A DNA stretch of 64,000 nt, taken from the NCBI GenBank assembly GCA_965224025.1, contig OZ245033.1, positions 3,648,001 through 3,712,000 on the forward strand, given 5' to 3'. Origin of the DNA: Candidatus Multivorans sp. (lineage in GTDB: Bacteria > Acidobacteriota > Thermoanaerobaculia > Multivoradales > Multivoraceae). The stretch's first letter is position 1, and every line of letters begins with the position of its first letter. Shown piece after piece: positions 1 through 10,236 of the stretch. The notes beneath the pieces were generated by a model that saw only the letters and a list, made by a program, of their open reading frames with translations, made no database searches and was not told the DNA's origin. Both the position numbers and the translations under genes were made by a program.

Positions 1-1561
1 GGAGATTGATCGGAATCGACGGAATGTCCGCCTGCCCGCCGTTCCGGTCGACGACGGCGAAGCGCAGTTCCAGCCTCGCGAGATACTCGCCCTGATACGG
101 CACCACCGGGAAGTAGCCGATCGGAACGTAGACCGTCACCGGCACCAGCATCTTGCGGATACCCGTGGGCTCGGCCTTGCCGACCTCGACGCGCAGCGTC
201 GGTGCGTCGGGCGCTTCAAACTGGTCGGGGAACAGGAGCCGGCCCTGCGTCTCCATGTCCGCTTCGGCTCGCCGCAAGACGTCGGCGTAGCCGCCGCGGG
301 AGCGTACGCGCAGGCCCGGGCCACGCACTTCCACTCGAACGTCGTGGACCCGGTCGTCGCGCCGGTACTCCGGCACGAAGCCCAGCCAGTAGTAGTTCGC
401 CACATCCGCGCTGACCCGCCGCAGGGCGGCCAGGTTGGTGCCAGCCATGTAGGCCCGGCCGCCCGTCTCCCGCGCCATGTGCCTCAGGTTCCCCCACCGC
501 GTCATGTTCGGACCCGTCTGCTGGTCCACCGGATAGACGGTGTAACCAAGCACGTTCGCCGTGTCGATCAGATCGTCCAGGATCTCCCGGTCCGTGCGTA
601 CGCCGATGCTCTGTCCGGCGGGCCGGAACATCCCCGTCGGCCAGCCGCCGGCCAGGAGCAGCAGCACCTTGCGACCGTTCGGCACGTCGAGGGTTCGCAT
701 CGCCGAGCTGACCGCGATGACCGAGAACTCGAGATCACGCGCCAGCGCCGACGCCTTCACCTCCGACGCGAGTTCAGGCAGGCGCATCGTCGGAAACGGC
801 AGATCGCCGGCCGCCGACAGCAGGTCCTCGTCGACGCGGGGCCCGATCTGCCCGGCCACCAGGCCACCACTCAGCTCCTCCGCAACGCTCGAGTCCTCCA
901 GAACGCCGGCCTGGGCGCCGAGCCACGTCTCCGTCCGGTCTCCGACCGGCGCCTCCCCGGCGATGAACCGCGGTGCCCGCAGCACGCCGCCGTAGCGTCG
1001 CCCCTGTTCGAGTGCCCGCAGGGCACGGCGCGTCTCCTCGCGCTCCGTCGTGAAGGGACTCAGCAGTTCCAGCCGCCGGCCGCTCTGGACGACAATCGCC
1101 ACCTGGTCGGCCAAACCAAGGCTCGCCAACTGATCGGCGAAGCCGCGAAGAACCGGACGCCGGAACGTCACGTGCGTGTGATCGTCGTCGACGAAGAGCA
1201 AGTAGTTCGTCGGCACGAGCTCTCCTTCGCCGATCGCCGGCGGCGCCTCGTGATCCTGCGACTCGACGGCACGGTTCTCCAGGATCTCCGTGAAGTACTC
1301 GACGTCGACCTCCGCACCATCCACGAAGATGCGGAAGTCGTCGGCAGTCAGACCGGGAACGCGGTTTCCCGCCCGGTCCTCGACGACGACCTCCAGGTTG
1401 ACCACCCGGACGTCGATCTCCTCGCCGAAGAACAAGTCGACGGGCGGGGTCGAGTCGGGCCCTGGAGCCGCCCGCTGAGCCCCGGCCGGCAGCGACCAGC
1501 CCAGACTTGCGACCGCCGTGAAGGCAAGCAGTTTCCCATGCACGGTTCCCACACTCCACAT
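1..1561 (-). CDS. VWA domain-containing secreted protein (Acidobacterial VWFA-related), 3' end outside the window
   Basis: Not in the ORF track (no stop in window); translated by hand: signal-like HGKLLAFTAVASLGWSLPAGAQ, then FGEEIDVRVVNLEVVVEDRAGNRVPGL, and at the window edge VPVTVYVPIGYFP...LELRFAVVD; colinear with the 2223-4043 paralog. Start is ATG 1561 or GTG 1543. Confidence 0.85.
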   Translation of the reverse strand, partial: MWSVGTVHGKLLAFTAVASLGWSLPAGAQRAAPGPDSTPPVDLFFGEEIDVRVVNLEVVVEDRAGNRVPGLTADDFRIFVDGAEVDVEYFTEILENRAVESQDHEAPPAIGEGELVPTNYLLFVDDDHTHVTFRRPVLRGFADQLASLGLADQVAIVVQSGRRLELLSPFTTEREETRRALRALEQGRRYGGVLRAPRFIAGEAPVGDRTETWLGAQAGVLEDSSVAEELSGGLVAGQIGPRVDEDLLSAAGDLPFPTMRLPELASEVKASALARDLEFSVIAVSSAMRTLDVPNGRKVLLLLAGGWPTGMFRPAGQSIGVRTDREILDDLIDTANVLGYTVYPVDQQTGPNMTRWGNLRHMARETGGRAYMAGTNLAALRRVSADVANYYWLGFVPEYRRDDRVHDVRVEVRGPGLRVRSRGGYADVLRRAEADMETQGRLLFPDQFEAPDAPTLRVEVGKAEPTGIRKMLVPVTVYVPIGYFPVVPYQGEYLARLELRFAVVDRNGGQADIPSIPINL

Positions 1562-1920
1562 CACGGCTGCACCTCAACCCGAGCAGCGGCAGTCAGCCGG
1601 GACGCCGGATCATGCACCGTGATGACCAGCGTATGGGGCAAGCGCCGCAGCGTCACATCCGCGCTGTACCGAAGCCGAGCCTCCGGTAGCGGCGGCGAAT
1701 CCGTCCGCAGTTCGAGCGGAAACGCGAGTTGATTTGCCCGACGACCCTCGCCGTCGATCGCCGCGAACCGCACCTCCAATTGCTGCAGATACTGGTCCGC
1801 GTACGGCCAAGACGCGAAAGCCCCAAAGGGTTCCTTGCCGTCCACCAGGAGACGGAAGCTGTCCACACCCAGGCCGTGTACGCGCTGGCCATCCGCGTCT
1901 CCGCACGATCCGATCCCCCT
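1561..1920 (-). pseudogene. Internally deleted VWA paralog remnant
   Basis: N-terminal motif DADGQRVHGLGVDSFRLLVDGKE joined directly to C-terminal motif QLEVRFAAID...TLVITVHDPASRLTAAARVEVQP; VWA core absent; in-frame stop just upstream. Confidence 0.7.
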
Positions 1921-1940
1921 TCACACTTCCACTGCCATTC

Positions 1941-2204
1941 TCAAGGCGTTACCCGCATGCGCGCGCTGGCCGTCGATCGTGACAGCGGTTCATGGACGGT
2001 GACGACCAGGTCGTGGGGCAGCCGGCCGAACTGACTGGACCCATGATGCCGGCACCGCGACCGGGCCATCGCGCCGGCAAGCCCCAGGAGCCGGCGCCAA
2101 GGTGGGTTGCCGTCATAACGGACCGTCCGACATCGGTGGCGCCACGAACGGTTCCGGGGGACACGACTCTGCCGTCTGACCATCATGGGACCTCTACGGT
2201 TCAA
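1941..2204 (-). pseudogene. Second VWA paralog remnant (C-terminal tail only)
   Basis: Ends RLPHDLVVTVHEPLSRSTASARMRVTP, matching RRHELVVTVHDPLSRSTARARVSVVP of the intact paralog. Confidence 0.6.
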
Positions 2205-2222
2205 CTTCTCCCTCCAGCGCAG

Positions 2223-4043
2223 CTATGGCACCACCGACACGCGGGCCCTGGCGGTCGATCGGGACAGAGGGTCATGCACCGTGACCACGAGCTCGTGGCG
2301 ACGCCGGCGCATCTCCAGCAACTCCGAATAGGGCACGGTCTCGTCGGGGGCGGGCTTGAAGCCGCCCCCGAGAGACAGGGAAATCGCCGGGATCTCCGCA
2401 CGCCGACCGTAACGGTCCACAGTGGCAAACCGCACTTCCAGTTCCTGCCGGAACCGACCGTCGTGAGGTAGTGCGGGGAACCTGCCGACTGGCACGTAGA
2501 CCGTCACTGGCACGCGCATCGCTCTGCGTGTGCCGTCCGCCACTTCCCCGACCTCGACCAGCAGAAAACCCGCGTCGGGTTCCTCGTGGGACGGAAAAAG
2601 AAGCGCGCGCAAAGCCTCCATGTCAGCTTCGGCCTGACGAGAAAGGTCAAGGTAGCCACGACGCGAGCGTACGCGAAGTCGGCGCTGCGACACCTCGACA
2701 CGGATGTCGTGCGCCTGGTTGTCGCGACGGTACCGGGGCACGAAGCCCAGCCAGTAGTAGTTCGCGGTGTCGAACCTCACCTTGTCGAGCGCCTTGACGT
2801 TGCTTCCGGCCATGAACGCCCGGCCGCCCGTGTCGCGAGCCACGTAGCGCAGATTCCCCCACAACGCCATGTTGGCCCCGCCCTGCTGGTCCATTGGATA
2901 CACCGTCCAGCCCAGGAGGTTGGCTGTGTCAACCAGGGCGTCCAGCAGTTCAAAGTCCCTCGCCTTGCCGACGCCTCGGCACTCCGACATCCAGCGGACC
3001 TGCGCATAGCTGCAGTTCGGCCAGCTTCCCGTAAGAAGAAGCAGGACCTTGCGACCCTGTGGTGCTTCGAGCGCCCTCAGGGCCGTCACCACCGCATCGA
3101 CCGAGAACTGAAGATCCCGCATCTGGCTGGCGGCGGTCGCCATGTCCAGGCCCCATCCAGGTGTCAAGTCCTCGGAGATCCGGTCGAAAGTTCCCGGGCC
3201 GCCTACCGCGCCGAAGGCTCCCGGGCTGCCCATACCGTCGTCCCCTGCCGAGAAGCCACCAGGCGGGGCCGGGCCGTCAGCCTCCCTCGCACTCACGGGC
3301 GGGGTCGCATCAATCCGTGGTTGGGTACCACGCGGTTGAGTGCCACGAGGCGCAACGTCCTCACGCGAGGACAGCGAGTCTCCCGTCGCGGTCAAGTCCA
3401 GTCTTCTCATCCGCTTGTGCCAGCCCCACCAACTGAAGAACCCCCCGTACCGGCCTCCGGTGTCGAGCTCGGCAAGAGCGGCGCGGGTCACGTCCCGATC
3501 GGCCGTGAAGCGGCTCAGGATCTCCAGGCGATAGCGGCTCCGGACCACGACAGCCACCTGATCGTGCGGCCCGAGTCCACCCAACCGGGAGCCGAAGCCC
3601 AGCAGCACCGGCCGGCGTGAGGTCACATGGGTGTGGGCGTCGTCGACGAACAGCAGGTAGTTCGTTGCCACCGCCTGCCCTTCGGCAACCGCCGGCGGCG
3701 TCTCGCCACCGTCGCCGGTGACCGCTCGCCCGCCGGCCACCTCGCTGAAGTACTGCACGTCGACCTCCTGGCCGTCGACGAGGATTCGGAAGTCTTCGCG
3801 GCTCAGACCCCGCACGCGAGCACCGGAACGGTCCTCGACCACCACCTCCAGGTTGACCACACGGACATCGATCTCCTCGCCGAAGACCAATTCGGATGGA
3901 GACCGAGACTCGACTGCTTGACCCGACAATGGGGCGCAGAACGTCACGACCGCGAGCGGAATACGGAGTAGCGACCGGCAACGAAGTAGGACGAGCACAG
4001 GGTCGCGACGCACGATCTCACTGTTGTCTCGTCCAACCAGCAC
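2223..4043 (-). CDS. VWA domain-containing secreted protein (Acidobacterial VWFA-related)
   Basis: EEIDVRVVNLEVVVEDRSG, GLSREDFRILVDG, GRKVLLLLTG, ARDTGG, YYWLGF, VRSRRGY motifs; start codon uncertain. Confidence 0.85.
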   Translation of the reverse strand: MLVGRDNSEIVRRDPVLVLLRCRSLLRIPLAVVTFCAPLSGQAVESRSPSELVFGEEIDVRVVNLEVVVEDRSGARVRGLSREDFRILVDGQEVDVQYFSEVAGGRAVTGDGGETPPAVAEGQAVATNYLLFVDDAHTHVTSRRPVLLGFGSRLGGLGPHDQVAVVVRSRYRLEILSRFTADRDVTRAALAELDTGGRYGGFFSWWGWHKRMRRLDLTATGDSLSSREDVAPRGTQPRGTQPRIDATPPVSAREADGPAPPGGFSAGDDGMGSPGAFGAVGGPGTFDRISEDLTPGWGLDMATAASQMRDLQFSVDAVVTALRALEAPQGRKVLLLLTGSWPNCSYAQVRWMSECRGVGKARDFELLDALVDTANLLGWTVYPMDQQGGANMALWGNLRYVARDTGGRAFMAGSNVKALDKVRFDTANYYWLGFVPRYRRDNQAHDIRVEVSQRRLRVRSRRGYLDLSRQAEADMEALRALLFPSHEEPDAGFLLVEVGEVADGTRRAMRVPVTVYVPVGRFPALPHDGRFRQELEVRFATVDRYGRRAEIPAISLSLGGGFKPAPDETVPYSELLEMRRRRHELVVTVHDPLSRSTARARVSVVP

Positions 4044-4145
4044 TCAGGCTCCAGTTCGTGTGATTGTCAGTTTGCGGGTTCGACTTCCATCTGGTCAGGC
4101 AAGCAGAGTGCCACAGCGATCACTGCCGGTGCTACCCTGCGCCCG

Positions 4146-5633
4146 ATGAGCGACGATTCAAACCTCTCGGCCGCCACTCTCGAACCCGCGGACGACGCCC
4201 CCTGCTGGTCGACTGTGCAGGCGGCCTCAGCGATTCGCAGCGGCAGGATCTCCTCCCGCGACTACCTCGAACTCCTCCTCGACCGCGTCGATCGTCTGAA
4301 CCCGCCGCTCAACGCCGTTGTCACGCTCGACGTCCAACGGGCCCGCCGGGAGGCGGACGCCGCGGACCGGGCATTGGCCGACGGCCGGAACCTGGGCCCG
4401 CTCCACGGCGTCGCGATGACGATCAAGGACTCCTTTCAGACCGTCGGGATGCGCACGACCTCCGGCGCACCCGAACTGAGCGGCCACATTCCTGAGGTCG
4501 ACGCCGTGCCGGTCGCCCGGCTGCGCGCGGCCGGCGCCGTCATCTTCGGCAAGACGAACCTGCCGATCTACGCAGGCGACACGCAGAGCTACAACGACGT
4601 GTTCGGCCAGACGAACAACCCATGGAACCTGGAACGGACGCCGGGCGGCTCGTCCGGAGGTTCCGCGGCCGCTCTCGCCGCCGGCTTCACGCCGCTCGAG
4701 CTCGGCAGCGACATCGGCGGTTCGATCCGGGGTCCGGCTTCCACCTGCGGCGTCTTCGGCCACAAGCCGAGCTATGGCATCGTGCCGGCGCTCGGCCAGA
4801 TTCCCGGACCGCCAGGCACCCTGACCCAGGCGGACATCGCCGTTGCCGGACCGATGGCGCGGAACGTCGAGGACCTGGAACTCGGCCTCGACATCCTCGC
4901 CGGCCCGGACGAATGGCACGCTCCCGGCTACCGGCTGGCACTGCCTCCGGCCCGGCACGAGACCCTCGCGGACTATCGGGTCGCCGTGTGGTTCGAAGAG
5001 CCCTCCAGCCCGATCGACGACCGGGTACTGGAGCGGCTGGAAAGAGCGGCGGACGCCCTGGAAGCAGCAGGCGCCAAGGTCGACCGCGAGGCCCGGCCGG
5101 ACTTCACCTTCGACTATGCGACCCGCGTTTTCGGGCAGTTGCTCGGCGCCGCCATGTGCGGAGGTTTCAGCCACGACGAGATCGAGGAGCTCGCAGTTCG
5201 CGGGATCGGGGAGGACGAGGAAGGGGCGCTGGCGGCACGCTGGGCCTACCAACGGCACCGCGTCTGGCTGTCGGCGAACGAGCGCCGGCTGCAGATGCGG
5301 CGCAAGTGGCACGACTTCTTCAAGAGCTGGGACGCCGTGCTCCTGCCCTGCCTGCCGACGACGGCGATCCCCCACGATCACAGCGAGCCGATGGGCGCGC
5401 GCCGGATCACCGTCAACGGCGAGCAGCGACCCTACGGAGAGCAGACCCTCTGGGTCGGCCTCACCGGCGTCGCCTACCTTCCCGCGACCGTGATCCCAGC
5501 CGGTACGGCCAGCGATGGCCTCCCCGTAGGCCTCCAGATCGCCGGACCGTTCCTGGAAGACCGGACAACTCTCGACCTGGCCCGCCGCCTGAGCGAAGGG
5601 ATCGGCGGTTTCGAGCGCCCGCCGGACTACTGA
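4146..5633 (+). CDS. Amidase signature family protein
   Basis: GPLHGVAMTIKD, GKTNLP, PGGSSGGSAAALAAG, GSDIGGSIR (Ser-cisSer-Lys triad motifs), GLPVGLQ. Confidence 0.93.
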   Translation: MSDDSNLSAATLEPADDAPCWSTVQAASAIRSGRISSRDYLELLLDRVDRLNPPLNAVVTLDVQRARREADAADRALADGRNLGPLHGVAMTIKDSFQTVGMRTTSGAPELSGHIPEVDAVPVARLRAAGAVIFGKTNLPIYAGDTQSYNDVFGQTNNPWNLERTPGGSSGGSAAALAAGFTPLELGSDIGGSIRGPASTCGVFGHKPSYGIVPALGQIPGPPGTLTQADIAVAGPMARNVEDLELGLDILAGPDEWHAPGYRLALPPARHETLADYRVAVWFEEPSSPIDDRVLERLERAADALEAAGAKVDREARPDFTFDYATRVFGQLLGAAMCGGFSHDEIEELAVRGIGEDEEGALAARWAYQRHRVWLSANERRLQMRRKWHDFFKSWDAVLLPCLPTTAIPHDHSEPMGARRITVNGEQRPYGEQTLWVGLTGVAYLPATVIPAGTASDGLPVGLQIAGPFLEDRTTLDLARRLSEGIGGFERPPDY

Positions 5634-6565
5634 CGTCCCGCCTCCAGAAAGGACCGCAGGTCCTCCCGGCTGACCGCCGGTTCGCCCGGGGCCACGTTGT
5701 CCAGCCGCCCGTCGCCCAGCCAGCGCTCCAGGCGGCGCACTTCGTGCTCCAGGTGATCAAAGCCGTCGACGACGAACAAGAGGGGCTGCACGGAGTCGAT
5801 CTCAAAGCTCTGGTTCACGACCCAGTCGAGCTGGAAGGGCACCCGCTGCACTTTGGCCGCTTCGAGCGCGTGCACGATCTCGCCGGCCGAACTCAGAAGA
5901 CCGCTGCCGTAGGCGCAGAGACCGTCCCCTCCCGGCCGCCGCATCAGACCGAACTCGATCGTGAACCAGAAGAACCGCGCGAGCGCCTTGAGCGCACTCT
6001 CGACGCGGCGGCAGTCGCCCTCCCGAGCGCGCAGCGCCGCCGTGCGCGCCGCCTCGCCGAAGCGGACCAGGACGTCCGCGAACGCCGGGTCCGTGTGCAT
6101 GGGGACGTGGCCCGCCAGGTCGTGGAAAATGTCGGGCTCGGGCAGGTAATTCAGCCTCTCGCCGTCGCGGACGGTGATCGTGGTCGGAAACGCCCGCCGC
6201 CTCAGACAGTCGAAGAACAGGTAGGCCGGCACGTAGCCGCTGACCGCCCGCGCCTTGAAGCCGCTCAGGGGTTCCAGGAACCGGTTGATGTCGGCGAGGC
6301 GTGGGATGCGGTCCGGGTCAAGCGCCAGACGCGTCACGCCGTCGAGGAAGCGCGGATGGGCGTGCTTCTCCCAGCGTCCGGCCAGCGCCCGGTAGAGGCG
6401 CTTCCAGGTCCGCTGGTTCGACTCGCTGTAGAGCGCGTACGGCTGTTCGATGAACAACTCGCCTCGGGTTTGGGCCCGCTCGATGAAGTCGGCCCGGCCG
6501 GTCGTCAGGTCCCGGCCCGTGGCCGGCGCCATGACCGCCGGGTCAACCGCTCCAACTGTAGGCAT
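5627..6565 (-). CDS. phhA: Phenylalanine 4-monooxygenase (pterin-dependent aromatic amino acid hydroxylase)
   Basis: YLPEPDIFHDLAGHVPM iron-binding motif, FFWFTIEFGL, YGSGLLSSAGE; operonic with hppD and hmgA. Confidence 0.9.
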   Translation of the reverse strand: MPTVGAVDPAVMAPATGRDLTTGRADFIERAQTRGELFIEQPYALYSESNQRTWKRLYRALAGRWEKHAHPRFLDGVTRLALDPDRIPRLADINRFLEPLSGFKARAVSGYVPAYLFFDCLRRRAFPTTITVRDGERLNYLPEPDIFHDLAGHVPMHTDPAFADVLVRFGEAARTAALRAREGDCRRVESALKALARFFWFTIEFGLMRRPGGDGLCAYGSGLLSSAGEIVHALEAAKVQRVPFQLDWVVNQSFEIDSVQPLLFVVDGFDHLEHEVRRLERWLGDGRLDNVAPGEPAVSREDLRSFLEAGRQ

Positions 6566-7700
6566 AGCTCTCGTCCTCCAGGTCGGCCGCGGCAGCCGTC
6601 GTCTGCAGCGGCCGGAAGGTGTCCACCATGACCGCGAGTTCGTCGGTGCGCTCCTTGCCGATCGATCCCTCGTAGGCGCCCGGATGGGGCCCGTGCGGAA
6701 TGCCGTTCGGATGCACGGTCAGAGCCCCGCGCTCCACTCCGCGCCGCGACATGAAGTCGCCCTCGACGTAGTAGATGACCTCGTCCGAATCGACGTTCGA
6801 GTGGTTGTAGGGAGCGGGAATCGCCTGCGGGTGGTAGTCGAACAGCCGCGGCACGAAGGAGCAGACGACGAACCCGGGGCCGTCGAAGGTCTGGTGTACC
6901 GGCGGCGGCTGGTGGACGCGACCGGTGATCGGCTCGAAGTCCTCGATGTTGAAGGCGTACGGCCACAGGTGGCCGTCCCAGCCGACGACGTCCATCGGGT
7001 GGCGGCGGTAGAGGTAGCGGGTGACGCCGCCGCGGGCCTTGACCCGGACCTCGAACTCGCCCTCCTCGTCGTGCGCATCGACCCACTCCGGCTGTCGGAT
7101 GTCGCGCTCGCAGTACGGCGAGTTCTCGAGGAACTGGCCGTACCGGTTGACGTAGCGGCGCGGCGGCTCGATGTGGCCCGCCGCCTCGACACACAGCATC
7201 CTCTGCGGCTCGTCCGCTCGCGGCAGGAGTCGCCAGACGACGCCGGTGGGCAGCACGAGATAGTCCCCCGGGCGGTACTCCAGCAGGCCGAACTGCGTCT
7301 CCAGCATGCCGTGACCCTCGTGCACGAAGAGCAGCTCGTCACCGTGCGCGTAGCGGTACCAGTAGGCCATCGGCGCCCGGAAACGGGCCACGGACAGCAC
7401 CAGATCGCGGTTCGTCAACAGGGGCATCCGGCCGCTGACCGCGTCTCCCTGCTCGGGCGCCCGGCCGGCCCGGATCAGACGGTGTCGCAGCGGACCCGCG
7501 TAGTCCAGTTTCAGACCGTTGGCGGTCCTTTCCTCGATGCGCTCGATTGCGGTCGGAGGGTGCAGGTGGTAGAGAATCGACTGGACCCCTGAAAAGCCAT
7601 GGATCCCCATGACCTCCTCGTGGTGAAGCGATCCGTCGGGCTTGCGGAACTGGGTATGACGCTTGTGCGGAATCTCGCCCGCGCGCAGGTAGTAACTCAC
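6543..7700 (-). CDS. hmgA: Homogentisate 1,2-dioxygenase
   Basis: GEIPHKRHTQFR, HQPPPVHQTF, VCSFVPR, PYNHSNVDSDEV, HPNGIPHGPHPG; GTG 7700 overlaps the hppD stop (GTGA). Confidence 0.93.
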   Translation of the reverse strand: MSYYLRAGEIPHKRHTQFRKPDGSLHHEEVMGIHGFSGVQSILYHLHPPTAIERIEERTANGLKLDYAGPLRHRLIRAGRAPEQGDAVSGRMPLLTNRDLVLSVARFRAPMAYWYRYAHGDELLFVHEGHGMLETQFGLLEYRPGDYLVLPTGVVWRLLPRADEPQRMLCVEAAGHIEPPRRYVNRYGQFLENSPYCERDIRQPEWVDAHDEEGEFEVRVKARGGVTRYLYRRHPMDVVGWDGHLWPYAFNIEDFEPITGRVHQPPPVHQTFDGPGFVVCSFVPRLFDYHPQAIPAPYNHSNVDSDEVIYYVEGDFMSRRGVERGALTVHPNGIPHGPHPGAYEGSIGKERTDELAVMVDTFRPLQTTAAAADLEDESYAYSWSG

Positions 7701-8857
7701 AGGTTCCCCCTCGCCGCCTGTTCGCGCTCCAGAGCCACGAAGAGACTCTTGAAGTTTCCCTCCCCGAATCCCCTCGCCCCGTGGCGCTCGATGATCTCGT
7801 AGAACAGCGTCGGCCGGTCTTCCACCGGCTTGGTGAAGATCTGCAGCAGGTAGCCGTCCTCGTCGCGGTCGGCGAGGATGCCGAGTTCGGCCAGGCGATC
7901 GATCGGTTCGTCGATCTTCCCTACCCGCTGCTCGAGGTCCTGGTAGTAGGCCCCCGGTACGTGAAGGAACTCGACCCCGTTCTCGCGCAGCCGCGACACC
8001 GTGCCGAGGATGTCGTCGGTGCGACAGGCGATGTGCTGCACGCCGGGACCCTCGTGGAACTCGAGGTACTCCTCGATCTGCGACTTCCTGCGACCCTCGG
8101 CGGGCTCGTTGATCGGGAACTTGATGACCCCCGAGCCATCCTGCATCACCTTGGACATGAGCGCCGAGTACTCGGTCGAGATCGCCGCGTCGTCGAAGTG
8201 GACAAGCTGGTTGAAGCCCAGGACGCGCGAAAAGAACCGGGCCCACTCGTTCATCCGCCCCAACTCGACGTTGGCCACGACGTGGTCGACCGCGAGCAGG
8301 CCGCAGCTCCGGGGCCCGTCGGCGCCGGGGACCTCCGGCGCCGGTTCGAAACCGGGGCCGAAGACGCCGCCGTAGTCCCGGCGCTCCATGAACTGCAACA
8401 CGCAATCGCCGTAGAGATGGATCGAGGCGTGGCGCAGTTCGCCTTGCTTGTCTCGGACGGTTGCCGGCGACGCCGCGGCCTCCGCGCCTCGCGACACCGC
8501 TGCGGAGAACGCCTTGTCCGCGCTCGGTACCGAGAGCGCGATCACCGCTACCGAATCGCCGTGCCGCCGAACCGACCGCGCCGCATCGTGCGAGGAATGC
8601 AGCGCACTGGTCAGCACGAGCCGGATATCGCCCTGCTCCACCAGGTACGACGCGCGCGCCCGCTCGCCGGTCTCGAGCCCCCGCACCGCGGTGCACTCGA
8701 AACCGAACGCATGGCAGTAATAGGCGGCCGACTGCTTCGCGTTGCCGACGTACAGCTCCAGATGGTCGAAGCCGAGAATCGGACAGAAGTCCTCCCCGGT
8801 CGCGGCGCTTCGACCAACGAACCCCGGCTGTGTCTGTTCAGTAGCCCCTAAACTCAT
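7697..8857 (-). CDS. hppD: 4-hydroxyphenylpyruvate dioxygenase
   Basis: DHVVANV, KFPINEP, KSQIEEYL, GPGVQHIA, YLLQIFTKP, GFGEGNFKSLF; GAGGAGG SD before ATG 8857. Confidence 0.96.
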   Translation of the reverse strand: MSLGATEQTQPGFVGRSAATGEDFCPILGFDHLELYVGNAKQSAAYYCHAFGFECTAVRGLETGERARASYLVEQGDIRLVLTSALHSSHDAARSVRRHGDSVAVIALSVPSADKAFSAAVSRGAEAAASPATVRDKQGELRHASIHLYGDCVLQFMERRDYGGVFGPGFEPAPEVPGADGPRSCGLLAVDHVVANVELGRMNEWARFFSRVLGFNQLVHFDDAAISTEYSALMSKVMQDGSGVIKFPINEPAEGRRKSQIEEYLEFHEGPGVQHIACRTDDILGTVSRLRENGVEFLHVPGAYYQDLEQRVGKIDEPIDRLAELGILADRDEDGYLLQIFTKPVEDRPTLFYEIIERHGARGFGEGNFKSLFVALEREQAARGNL

Positions 8858-8898
8858 TCCTTCCCTCCTCGTCTTCGTTGTTCGGCCCGGCAGGGACC

Positions 8899-10152
8899 TC
8901 AAATGCAGGCGGCGAAGTTCGCCACCGCCTCGCGCAGAGCCGCCGGTTCCAGGCGCGAGAAACTCAAGCGGGCAGCGTTCGTGGGCACGGCGCGGTCCGC
9001 CCCGTCCGCGAACGCAACCGCGGGAACGAAGGCGATCTTCCGCTCGGCCAGGGTCCGCTGGAGCAATTGCTCCCCGTCCGTCCCCTCGGGCAGTTGCACC
9101 CACACGAACATGCCGCCCCCGGGCTGAGTGAAAGCGCAGCCCGCCGGGAGATGAGCGGCAAGTGCCTCGAGCATCGCGTTCCGACGGCCCCGGTAGGTCG
9201 CTCGCAGCAGTTCGAGGTGGCGGTCGAAGTCCAGATCTCCCAGCAGGCGGGCCACGGCAAGCACGCTGAGCCTGGAGCACTCGAGGTCCCCGATCTCCTT
9301 GACGGCGCCGAATGTCTCGATCAGCGATGCCGGCAGTCGCAGCCAGCCGAGGCGCAGCGCCGGGGCCAGGATCTTGGAGAAGGTGCCCGCGTAGACGACC
9401 CGCTCCGAGTCGATGGCCGCGAGCGGGGGCTCGAACTCGCCGTCGCAGCACAGCAGACCGTAGGGATCGTCCTCCAGGATCACGAAGTCGTAGTCGTGCG
9501 CCAGGACCACCAACCGTTCCCTGACCTCGCGCGCCAGGCTTACGCCGAGCGGGTTGTGCGCATCCGGGATCACGTACACCAGCCGCGGCCGGGCGCCGGC
9601 GACCAGGCGGCGCTCCAGCGCCTCGACATCGAGCCCGTCGTCCAGGCTGCTCGGCAGAGTGACGAGTCGCGGCCGGAGCGGCGCCAGAACCTCCCTGAAG
9701 CCCGCATACGCATAACGCTCGACGGCGACACTCTCACCCACACTCACGAGTGCACGAACAACGACATCGAGGGCCTGCTGCGCGCCCGTCGTGATCAGGA
9801 TCTCCTCCACTCTGCAATCGACGCCACGGCGTCGCATGACCTCCACGACGCGTTCCTTCAGTTCCCCGCATGACGGGACGTACTGCATGGACTGCGGATC
9901 GGCCAGCAGTTGGCGCACCACTTCGCCGTAGGCCCGCGACGGAAACAGCTCCACGGCCGGCAGCCCGCCGGCGAGCGACACCACGCCGGGCCGCGCGACC
10001 TGGTCGACCAGCCGACGCAGCAGCGAGCGCTCGCGACCCTGTAGCCACGGCGCGATACGCGGCGTCTTCGACGGCTGCCGCTCCCCCGTCCGGGCTGCCA
10101 ACGGAGGCTCCATTGCGGCCGTTGCGGTGGTGGAAATCGCTTGCATGGCCAC
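8899..10152 (-). CDS. PLP-dependent class I aminotransferase (ARO8/MocR-like), probably aromatic amino acid transaminase
   Basis: SLAGGLP, ITTGAQQALD, HNPLG, EDDPYG, GTFSKILAPALRLGW (PLP lysine), ARLSFS; first gene of the hppD operon; GTG 10152 or ATG 10146. Confidence 0.88.
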   Translation of the reverse strand: MAMQAISTTATAAMEPPLAARTGERQPSKTPRIAPWLQGRERSLLRRLVDQVARPGVVSLAGGLPAVELFPSRAYGEVVRQLLADPQSMQYVPSCGELKERVVEVMRRRGVDCRVEEILITTGAQQALDVVVRALVSVGESVAVERYAYAGFREVLAPLRPRLVTLPSSLDDGLDVEALERRLVAGARPRLVYVIPDAHNPLGVSLAREVRERLVVLAHDYDFVILEDDPYGLLCCDGEFEPPLAAIDSERVVYAGTFSKILAPALRLGWLRLPASLIETFGAVKEIGDLECSRLSVLAVARLLGDLDFDRHLELLRATYRGRRNAMLEALAAHLPAGCAFTQPGGGMFVWVQLPEGTDGEQLLQRTLAERKIAFVPAVAFADGADRAVPTNAARLSFSRLEPAALREAVANFAACI

Positions 10153-10236
10153 GCTTGGAACGATAACAGAGCCAGCACCGGGAGACAAGCGTTGATTCCA
10201 CACCCAGCGGAACCTGTACGTGTAGACTCCGCTTCC

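Noticed and set aside
344-1732. 462-aa plus-strand ORF and similar long antisense ORFs (2586-3620, 7781-8851, 10629-12740, 42939-44717)
   Set aside because: Antisense shadows of recognisable genes in high-GC DNA; no motifs
6543-8857. Pyomelanin production locus
   Set aside because: hmgA looks intact, so homogentisate should be consumed
6543-9451. Apparent 717-aa HmgA and 584-aa HppD with long N-terminal extensions
   Set aside because: Extensions are off-frame overlaps with upstream genes; SD and overlap evidence place starts at 7700 and 8857
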